From: Candidatus Bathyarchaeota archaeon
GTDB lineage: Archaea > Thermoproteota > Bathyarchaeia > Bathyarchaeales > Bathycorpusculaceae
Direction: 5' to 3'
DNA length: 64,000 nucleotides
Assembly: GCA_963733095.1 (NCBI GenBank)
Contig: CAVTBV010000014.1
Coordinates: forward strand, 100,599-164,598
In this document: positions 49,919 to 58,252 of the stretch, one piece after another
Layout: each line of letters begins with the position of its first letter
Numbering within the stretch: the first letter of the stretch is position 1
Position numbers and translations under genes: made by a program
The notes under the pieces: model-generated
Database searches by the model: none
What the model saw: the letters and a program-made list of their open reading frames with translations, nothing else
What the model was told of the DNA's origin: nothing

Positions 49919-50710
49919 TTGGAAGTCACGATAATAACTTCAGACAAAAAGACCTCAACAGTTTTGGCAATATCGGGTTCTCTTAGAAGTCCCTCTTTTA
50001 CTGAAAAAATTTTAGACACATTGCTTAAAGGAATGGGTGATGTGGAAGTTCACAAGTTTTACCCGCATAAGATGAAGATTGGACCCTGCACAAGCTGTTG
50101 GAGCTGCTGGCAGGGAAAGAACAAAGGTGAATGCGTCCAAAAAGATGATTTTCAATCAATATACGATGTTTATAAAAAATGTGACTACTTTATCATCGCT
50201 GCACCAGTCTACGTTTTTGGTTTTCCCGCCACAGTAAAAAATGTGATAGATAGGTTCTTCGTAAACTTGGACTCTTCCCAGATTTTAATGGATAATGGGA
50301 TAACTAATCACCCTCAGCGCTATTCACCTAAGGCAAAAGGAGTCTTGGTTTCAACCTGTGGTTTTCCCGACATGGAGAATTTTACTTTAATGAGTGAACA
50401 TTTTAAGAAGATTATGATGCACTTTGGATTAACTTGGGCTGGCGAAGTTCTAATCCCAGCTGCTGGGGCGACAAACGTTCCACATTTGCTTGATGACAAT
50501 ATTGAAGCAGTTAGGCAAGCTGGTGCTGAGTTGGTTAATGGAACAATATCTCCTGAAACAATGCACACTATTAGTGATGTCCCAATATCTAAGAACGACT
50601 ATAGGGAAATGACTAATGCTAGCTTTAAAGGAGGTCTAACAGGAAAAGCAAAAACAATCGCCATCGGCATCAAAGCAATGAGAAAAAAAGGTAAGAAAAA
50701 ACATGTTTGA
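49919..50710 (+). CDS. iron-sulfur flavoprotein / NADPH-dependent FMN reductase family
   Basis: ISGSLR...T, CTSCWSCW......C.QKDD, APVY......K..IDR, STCG. Confidence 0.88.
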   Translation: MEVTIITSDKKTSTVLAISGSLRSPSFTEKILDTLLKGMGDVEVHKFYPHKMKIGPCTSCWSCWQGKNKGECVQKDDFQSIYDVYKKCDYFIIAAPVYVFGFPATVKNVIDRFFVNLDSSQILMDNGITNHPQRYSPKAKGVLVSTCGFPDMENFTLMSEHFKKIMMHFGLTWAGEVLIPAAGATNVPHLLDDNIEAVRQAGAELVNGTISPETMHTISDVPISKNDYREMTNASFKGGLTGKAKTIAIGIKAMRKKGKKKHV

Positions 50711-50947
50711 TAGCTTTTTGGTTCGCAACGTGTGCTGAATAACCGTCTTCTTGATTTTTCTAATAATATTTAGGTTTAAACCAAAAACAGCTAGGCGAAT
50801 AATTGTAAAAAATGATTGTTGAAATGACCCATATCAAGACTGCAAATTTAGAATTTAAGTCAAAACTAAAACAGTTCAGGTATGGAGTCCCAATCTCCTC
50901 TCAGCTTCATTCTTTTGAGGATTCAATTGTGTGATTGTTATCTAAAA

Positions 50948-51251
50948 TCAGCGGTGTCCCCAATACTTGTTGTATGATGTTATGTCGGGAGATTCCGTTT
51001 TCTCCAGCAAATCAGTAATATATTTTGTTATGGAGTCTACAACCTTGCTTTCAAAGGAGATTATTCCAGCTTCTAAGACGCCTCCTCCTGCTGAACCACC
51101 GTACAAGTTCCTCCTATCTCTTGCTTCCTGCAAAGCAGCTGTAAGGTAGCAACACTCAACGTAAAGGGTTAGCCACTAAGATTTCGTCTTTAGCTCTACC
51201 AATAACATCCCTTGTAAACTCTTCAAGCCGCATTCCCTCCAAAAAGAAGTG
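50948..51251 (-). pseudogene. PLD-family gene remnant with HKD segment deleted
   Basis: Homologous to the 3' half of 43768..44742; jumps from QEARDRR directly to NLYGGS. Confidence 0.82.
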
Positions 51252-51299
51252 CTAAGCTTACGTTCTACAGAGGAATCAGCAACAAAATCCATTTTCTCA

Positions 51300-51462
51300 A
51301 AAGCCACCTTTCAGGACCTGCTTCAAACCAGAACTCAAAGAACTAATACGAGAATCAACCAGCCAAAATAGTTCCAATTCACACCACAACCCCAACCAAT
51401 TTGAGGACACATTTGGAAAAAAGAGTTGTTTTCCCGAAATACGCTCAACCAATCGAAGTACA
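51300..51462 (+). pseudogene. decayed 3' end of a beta-CASP nuclease paralog
   Basis: DNA aligns with 24958-25120 (SG.ASKPELKE.I...NPAKIVPIH...IEV) with several indels. Confidence 0.72.
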
Positions 51463-51517
51463 GCCATATGACTTAACAAATCCAAATGAACTATCTTTAA
51501 ATTAACTAAAAGATGCA

Positions 51518-51670
51518 AGAAAATAATTGAAACAATAGCTAATGTTTTTGAAAACTTGGGCGTGCCAAAAGAAGCCGGCCAAATAGTGATCTATGAATCT
51601 CCAAAAAGCAACTGGGCAACAGGTGGAAGATTACATTCAGAAAAACACGCCCCAAACACCCTCACTATAG
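51518..51670 (+). pseudogene. decayed 3' part of tautomerase gene
   Basis: Aligns with 49160-49311 (gggcgt.ccaaaaga.gc...atagtgatctatgaa.ctccaaaaagcaactgggcaac...accctcactata). Confidence 0.82.
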
Positions 51671-51865
51671 CTTGCAGCCTCTGATGCCTCAAATTAAATA
51701 GCGCCTTAGCGCTTTTTATTAAAATAAATCTCAATTCAAATCAAATATTTTCTAGCTCACTTTGAGGAGTTGGTGACAGAAAATATGCCTGGAGGTTGGC
51801 AAGAAAGAATTGTGGCTAACCCTAAGAACTCGTAGGAAATTCTCTTTAGGTATTAAAAGAAAATG

Positions 51866-52132
51866 CTATTTTTTTCTGTTGGTTAGCGTTTGTTTGAACG
51901 AGCGGATCAACCGCTGATACATGTATATAAAATAAAGAAACCCGTAGGCTGTAAGCACAATTTCGAACGCGAGAATAGTTGGATTATTCTCCACCCCCCG
52001 AAAGTATCCTTGGAAAAGAATGCTTGAAAACATCACAACTTGGAGGATTATTGCGCCGCCTATGCAGCTAAGGCCTAAAAAGTGGAAGATAAAGTCACTT
52101 CTACGATTAGGGATTGAATCAGGCGTCGTCAT
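51866..52132 (-). CDS. small two-TM membrane protein
   Basis: 88-aa ORF with two hydrophobic segments; follows the large surface protein on the same strand. Confidence 0.7.
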   Translation of the reverse strand: MTTPDSIPNRRSDFIFHFLGLSCIGGAIILQVVMFSSILFQGYFRGVENNPTILAFEIVLTAYGFLYFIYMYQRLIRSFKQTLTNRKK

Positions 52133-52207
52133 TGCGTTCCTGATTTAGTTCGGTTCTTAAGGCTTATGCTTTATGAATCTCTAATCAACTTGCAGAGCTC
52201 TTAGCTG

Positions 52208-55200
52208 TCATTGTTGGGGATTTTCTGTCGTTTCCAGAAGCCATTCTATGGTGTTTTTTAGCAGAGTGTCGAATTGTGGTGGGGCGTGGAAGTTGAAGTA
52301 GACTACCTTTCCTTTATCCTCTTTAGCTATGATGGCTGGTATGTTGGGCTTCCCGTTGACGCTGGGATATTCTGCGACGACGATGCCTGTGCTGTTCTTG
52401 GAGACGCACACATCGCCTGTGCAGTTCTTCAGGTTTAGTTGTTCTCCTGGGCTAAATTCTGAAACAATGGGATGTTGATTGAGTACTCTTATGGGCAGTT
52501 GACTGGAATTGACAACCTCATAGTTCATGTCTGCGTATCCTAACGCATTCGCCAAGGATTCTGGTCGAGCCAACATATTGCTGCTGAGGATTAGCAGGGA
52601 TTGACCGCTTTTGACGAATTTTACGATGTTGTTTTCCCACTGCTTTTTCAGTTCTACTTCAGGAGAAAGGATCAGTAAATTATAGTTCAAAAGGCAATTG
52701 CACAGGTCATCTGCATCATTTAGTTCATCCCAAGCGTAGGAATGTTTGCTTAACCAGCGCTTGTACACTTCTTGTTGTGAGTTTTTCTGGTTGGATAGAA
52801 AACCGATTTTAACGGCTCTCGTGAAGGCGCTCTTGGTCTGTTCTGAAGTTACTTGACTCTTCATGTCAAATCTTAGAACATAGTGTCCTCTGTCTATGTT
52901 TTTTTCACCTTGAAATTGAAAAACTTGGTTAGAATTTTTGCCCGCTTTAAGAGAGCGTATTGTTCTTTCGTTTCTGCTTATTAAAATTCCAGGTGTTGCC
53001 TGAGCCCTAATCACGATGTCTTTTACGTTAGAGTTGCCTGTGTTTTTTACGTTGATTTGGGCATCATATGGTTTTGATTCCATTATTCTTGGGGATAGAG
53101 TCGCATTCAATTCTAGGGAATTTTTTTCTTTCTGCTTTTTCTTTTTCTTCTTTTCTTCTTTTTCTTTTTGGTTTTCGTTATCGGTGTTTTTTTTGAATCT
53201 ACCTTTGGATCTGAAAAAATTGCTCAGTTTGCCTCGGAAAAGAATCAGGCCACCGGTTAGGCTTATTGATCCTGCCACTGCGGCAACTGAAATCGCCACT
53301 AGACTCAGAGACGTTGATTCTTCAATCGTTATGGCTTGTTCGCTTTTAATTGACCAGTCTCCGTTGTTGTCTTGCACTTGGAAGGAAATCCTGTGTGTTC
53401 CCACTGAGAGATTACTGCTGGAGAAACTGGGCAAAGTGCTAAGGAACCCATCGATGTTTGAGATCCAGCGGTACCCTGTGATGACGCCGTCGATGTCATC
53501 TCCGTGACCATTTAGGGTAACTTGTTGTCCAACAGTGGCTGAACTGGGTCCGATGGAATCGATCACGGCGATTGGAGGTAAATTGTTCTGTTGGAATACG
53601 GCGTCTAAGGATTGATTACCGTTTATCGTCACCAAGTAGGTGAGTGCTTGGCTGACGTTATTGTTGTTGAGCAGCCAACAGCTAAAGCTCCAGTTTGCAT
53701 TGGGTTGAGCTGCAACCTGCAGAGTGCTGCCTAAGTCATAAGTGTGATTGCCGACGGCTGGGCTGGTGCTGCCAGATCCTTGGACGCTAATAGTCAGTTG
53801 AGCTGTTAAGGGGGGCTGTTGCTTGAATACCGCTGTTAATGTATTGTCAGCGTTCATTGAAACGGTGTAGGTAGAAGTGCTACCAACGTTGACCCCGTTG
53901 AGCAGCCAGTAACTGAATGTCCAACCTGAAGCTGGAGCCGCACTAACGCTTACAGCTGTGCCTGCCGCATATTGGTGGCCTCCAGGGTCAGGGCTGATGT
54001 TGCCTGAGCCAGACACTACAGTGCTTAAGGTGTAGGCAGGTTGTTGTGTGAATACAGCTGTGAGGGTTTTGTCGGCATCCATTGTTACGGTGCAAGGACT
54101 ATTGATGCCTTCGTTTACTCCGTTTAGCATCCAGCTACTTAGTGTCCATCCAGATGACGGGATGGCACTGACGCCTACTACTGTACCTGATAGGTATTGG
54201 CGAACGGCAGGTGTAGGATTCGTGGTTCCTGAGCCGGTGACCGAGATGTTCAAAGTGTATGGGATTTGGGTGAACACTGCTGTCAAGGAATCGTTAGAAT
54301 CCATCGACAGGTAGTAAGGACTAACAGAACTAACATTAACACCGTTAAGCACCAGGGAGCTAAGCATCCATCCTGAACTAGGGGTTGCGGTTACATTCAC
54401 AACTGCACCTGATTGATATTGGTAGCTTCCAGGAGCAGGACTAATGGTACCCGAACCGCTAACTGATGTGGTCAACCTGTACTGAATCGGAACGAACACT
54501 GCTGTTAAAGTCTTGTTGGCATCCATCGTTACGGAGTATGGATTGCCGGACCCCACATTGACTCCGTTTAAGGTCCAGGAACTAAGGGTCCATCCTGATG
54601 TTGGGGTGGCGCTGGCACTCACGATTGTGCCTGATAGGTATTGGTGAACTCCGGGTGTTGGATTAGTGGTTCCTGAACCGGTAACTGTGATGTTCAAGCT
54701 GTAGAGATTTTGTGTGAAAACTGCTGTCAAGGTCTTATTTGCATCCATTGTTACAGAGTAAGGACTAAAAGAACTAACATTCACTCCGTTTAGCATCCAG
54801 TAGCCAAAACTCCATCCCGAACCAGGGATTGCATTGACGCTCACAACCGTACCCGGTGTGTATTGATGTATTCCAAGAGCAGGATTAGTGGTTCCTGAAC
54901 CGGTAACTGTGATGTTCAAACTGGAGGGGATCGGTGTGAACACAGCCGTCAAAGTCTTGTTAGCATCCATCAATAAGTAGTAAGGACTAGCAGAACCAAC
55001 GTTAACACCGTTTAGCATCAAGGAACTAAGCATCCATCCTGAATTGGGGGTCGCACTTACATTCACAACTGTACCTGATGCATATTGATGGATTCCAGGA
55101 GAGGGATTGATGGTGCCTGAACCGGTGACTGTGTTGTTTAAACTGTATTGAATCTGTGTGAAATATGCTTCCAAATACTTGTCTGCAAACATCGTCAGGT

Positions 55201-55783
55201 TGTACGGATTGGAGTCGCTTTCATCTCCCCAGTATGAAAAAATCCAGCCAGGAGCGGGCAGAGCAGTAACTGAAACGTTGTCGCCGGGGTTGTAACTATA
55301 AACGCCTGGAACGGGGTTAGTGGAACCTGAACCCGAAATAGCAATAGTCAAATGCATACTCACAGGGTTTTGTTGTACAATGAACGTTGTGGAGCTACTA
55401 ACGCTGGCGTTGTAGCTATCTCCTCCATTGAAAACTTCTCTTTGAAAAAAAAACTGCGCGTGGAAGGTGCCAACTTGTTGTGCCACATATTGTGTGGCTG
55501 CAAATCCTGTAGTGTCAGACGAGAAAGGCCCTAATGTTTCATTAACTCCATCAGGTTTCGTAATGATAACTCTGTAATTATGGAAAACATTCCCGGTTGG
55601 AGGGAATGGGTAAACCGACATCGAAATCTCGACTTTTTGGCCAACACCGATAATTGAAGGCTCTACCCAAATGTATGCGTTGGTTGAAAAATTAGCAGCC
55701 TCAACCACCGAGGGTGTCATTACTAGAGCAATAGATATGCAGATAAGAAACAGAATAACGTATCCTAAGATTTTTCTGTGCAT
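52208..55783 (-). CDS. large single-pass surface protein: Ig-like domain, 8 InlB-B-like repeats, PKD-like domain, TM, then Ig-like and class-I GATase-like domains
   Basis: Signal peptide from MHRKILG; 8x L...V.GSG...P..G...Y..GT.V...A.P..GW....W........LTAVF; N.PP.A.I...D.DG.I..Y.W; TM; poly-Lys. ORF is open up to ATG 55969. Confidence 0.85.
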   Translation of the reverse strand: MHRKILGYVILFLICISIALVMTPSVVEAANFSTNAYIWVEPSIIGVGQKVEISMSVYPFPPTGNVFHNYRVIITKPDGVNETLGPFSSDTTGFAATQYVAQQVGTFHAQFFFQREVFNGGDSYNASVSSSTTFIVQQNPVSMHLTIAISGSGSTNPVPGVYSYNPGDNVSVTALPAPGWIFSYWGDESDSNPYNLTMFADKYLEAYFTQIQYSLNNTVTGSGTINPSPGIHQYASGTVVNVSATPNSGWMLSSLMLNGVNVGSASPYYLLMDANKTLTAVFTPIPSSLNITVTGSGTTNPALGIHQYTPGTVVSVNAIPGSGWSFGYWMLNGVNVSSFSPYSVTMDANKTLTAVFTQNLYSLNITVTGSGTTNPTPGVHQYLSGTIVSASATPTSGWTLSSWTLNGVNVGSGNPYSVTMDANKTLTAVFVPIQYRLTTSVSGSGTISPAPGSYQYQSGAVVNVTATPSSGWMLSSLVLNGVNVSSVSPYYLSMDSNDSLTAVFTQIPYTLNISVTGSGTTNPTPAVRQYLSGTVVGVSAIPSSGWTLSSWMLNGVNEGINSPCTVTMDADKTLTAVFTQQPAYTLSTVVSGSGNISPDPGGHQYAAGTAVSVSAAPASGWTFSYWLLNGVNVGSTSTYTVSMNADNTLTAVFKQQPPLTAQLTISVQGSGSTSPAVGNHTYDLGSTLQVAAQPNANWSFSCWLLNNNNVSQALTYLVTINGNQSLDAVFQQNNLPPIAVIDSIGPSSATVGQQVTLNGHGDDIDGVITGYRWISNIDGFLSTLPSFSSSNLSVGTHRISFQVQDNNGDWSIKSEQAITIEESTSLSLVAISVAAVAGSISLTGGLILFRGKLSNFFRSKGRFKKNTDNENQKEKEEKKKKKKQKEKNSLELNATLSPRIMESKPYDAQINVKNTGNSNVKDIVIRAQATPGILISRNERTIRSLKAGKNSNQVFQFQGEKNIDRGHYVLRFDMKSQVTSEQTKSAFTRAVKIGFLSNQKNSQQEVYKRWLSKHSYAWDELNDADDLCNCLLNYNLLILSPEVELKKQWENNIVKFVKSGQSLLILSSNMLARPESLANALGYADMNYEVVNSSQLPIRVLNQHPIVSEFSPGEQLNLKNCTGDVCVSKNSTGIVVAEYPSVNGKPNIPAIIAKEDKGKVVYFNFHAPPQFDTLLKNTIEWLLETTENPQQ

Positions 55784-56081
55784 CCCGCTTTTATTTTTTC
55801 GCAGAGTCAAAGGAGAAGCGCATATTTTTTTGAAGACTCGAGTAGAGTAAGGAGCAAATCTCGTTGTTCTTGTTGGGTGTATGCTCGCTGCTGATGCTTC
55901 TGCCCCAAGATTCGCCCTTATTTGGGCTTCAATTGGGGTTATCGTTGGTTTACCTCTTTCTTTACTCATATTCTATTCTCCTTTCGAGGTAAATGAGATG
56001 CGAGTTTGATTGCGTCTTCTTGATATCTGTGTTATTTTGAGGAGCTGTTCGGTTTCAGTCTCCGACGAAGGCTTTAGTTAG

Positions 56082-56855
56082 TTAGGAACACAAATCGCAG
56101 TCTTTGAAGGCTTTTGAACTTGCCATTTTCGTGAAGTCAAATTCTTTTAAGTTAACAAGGTACCTTCCTGCAGATTCGCCTACAGTTGAAACAATTAGAT
56201 TTTTCACTATACCAGCGGAAGTGTCCATCTCAATGCTCTCGATTTCGCCGCCTTCTCCGCTTGGATCTTCCACCGGCAAATTCTGCATATGAGTGAGGTT
56301 TAGGGAGCATGACCACAACCGACCGTCATTTGGCGCACCACCGCAGTAGAAGGCTTTCTCTTCTTCGGAGATTGATTGCTTATCTGTGAAGCAAAAGTCC
56401 GAATCGATATCTTGGAAGGCTTCGTTCAAGACTAGTTGCTGTCTTTCTTTTATAGCCGAAACTTTAGTAATTGGAACGAGGTAGAACTTGGCGATTCTTT
56501 CTGCTTCTTCTTTGCTAAAGCCCCGCTTGACAAGTTCGTTCACTTTGTTGGTTGTGTTTTCTATAGTTTTTTTAGCGGACTTAACATTTATGTTATCTGC
56601 TATGCTATTGCCTGCTACTTCAATAACCGCATCAATCAATTCTTCTTTCAGCGAGTTCACCAAGTCAGGAAAAATAAGAATTTTTGCCCGTCCGAGTAAT
56701 TTCGGGTTAGTGCTGAAAATGATGTTGACGAGGGTGCCAAGGGATTTATTGTCTTTGGTAACAACTTTGATGTTTCTAATTAATCCGGCTCTAACAATCA
56801 CCGTTTTTCCCCCAAAAATAATTTTTTTAATGGGAAAACTTTGGAACATCGACAA
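56082..56855 (-). CDS. probable tandem PRC-barrel protein
   Basis: KVVTKD.K.LG.L.NI.F and PVEDPSGE.GEI.SIE.D...G.V..LIV. Confidence 0.55.
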   Translation of the reverse strand: MSMFQSFPIKKIIFGGKTVIVRAGLIRNIKVVTKDNKSLGTLVNIIFSTNPKLLGRAKILIFPDLVNSLKEELIDAVIEVAGNSIADNINVKSAKKTIENTTNKVNELVKRGFSKEEAERIAKFYLVPITKVSAIKERQQLVLNEAFQDIDSDFCFTDKQSISEEEKAFYCGGAPNDGRLWSCSLNLTHMQNLPVEDPSGEGGEIESIEMDTSAGIVKNLIVSTVGESAGRYLVNLKEFDFTKMASSKAFKDCDLCS

Positions 56856-57335
56856 TTCTTGCGGATTAGTATATGTATGATTGAGTATTAATATTTTATG
56901 CAGAATGCCTCAAACGCATCAAAAGAGAGAGAACATTTTTTACAGAACCCTATTTCAATTGAAAATAGAGCTGTTTAGTTAGCGATTGTTTTTTCGTTTT
57001 ATTTCACAAAGTCTGGTCTGGATTGGGTTCACAACCCCAATAATAATCCATAATTTATTACGACTTTTACTAGAAGATGGAGGTGGTGGAGGTAATGGTA
57101 GTTGTCTCAACATAAGAATTACTGCGTTCTAATCAAGCGAATTCAGTTTTAAGGTTTTGCATCCTTAATTGCTCCTAAACTCTGGGCAAAGATTTGGACA
57201 CCTTTGAGAAGGCTATTGTGCTGTTTTTCCCCGATCGCAGCCTCTAAGGTTATGCGCTAAGGAGTTTCCCTTCTTTTGCGACGGAGGTTTCCCGTCTCCG
57301 TCAACCCCACCCCCCGTGGAGTTGGAGGTGAAAAA

Positions 57336-57410
57336 TTGCCCAAAGGCAAAGCCGGATTACCCAGCAAAAACCCAGGAAAAAAGTCAGGCAAAGGAAGAGA
57401 CAATCTCTAA
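57336..57410 (+). CDS. 24-aa basic micro-protein MPKGKAGLPSKNPGKKSGKGRDNL
   Basis: Perfect GGAGGTGA 4 nt before TTG; hairpin GACGGAG-N9-CTCCGTC at 57280-57302. Confidence 0.5.
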   Translation: MPKGKAGLPSKNPGKKSGKGRDNL

Positions 57411-57595
57411 ATATGATTTCTCGTCATTCTGAATAAAAGTGACGTTATTTGCCTTTATCCTCAATCTTTAAACCAATTTTTTGGTTAGAATATAAAGTTG
57501 GCGTTCTTTGAGGCTTAATTGTCAAAAGCAGCAATCTCCATTGCCGCGTCGTTCTGCTGAGGATTCAACCTATCAAAAGTAATTGTTATCTGAAA

Positions 57596-57992
57596 TCAGC
57601 GGTGTCCCCAATATTTGTTGTAGGATGTTATGTCGGGGGATTCTGTTTTTTCTAGCAAATCAGTAATGTATTTGGTTATGGAGTCTACAACCTTGCCTTC
57701 AAAGGAGACAATTCCAGCTTCCAGCACGCCTCCTCCAGCTGAACCACTGTATAGATTCATTTAAGATAATATCGCCATTTTGCGGTCTATTAAAATGACT
57801 TTGGAGTGAATTGTATAAATATAATGAATAGTGACTCCTTTTTTTCCTCAAAGTTGCGTGACACTCTAATTTCGAAATGTCATTCTTGTCCTTTGTCGGT
57901 CTTCTTGTAACGATTCGGACATTCACTCGCCTATCTCTTGCTTCCTGCAAAGCAGTTGTAAGGTAGCAACTATCAACGTAAGGGTTAGTGAC
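57596..57992 (-). pseudogene. PLD-family pseudogene, 3' half
   Basis: HSKVILID retained, but there is a frameshift in an A-run and a premature TAA; 5' part is missing. Confidence 0.85.
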
Positions 57993-58252
57993 TTGCGTGC
58001 GCTAAGCAAATTATGGCACGATTTCAACAAAATAGTTCTCACTTCAATACTCTGATAAGTGAATGGTCTTTTTGGACAAATAGGGTTTGCTGAGACTCTG
58101 GAGACTTTTAGGAGTAAGAAAAATGCTAATTGCAATTCACGATTGTGCTAAATTCGTAAATTCTAGCCAGAGCACACTCAGCCCCAACTCTTTTTCTCCA
58201 ATAATTTTAAAAAACTAAAAAAGGGGAAAGATAGTTTGTAGTTGTTGGCTTT

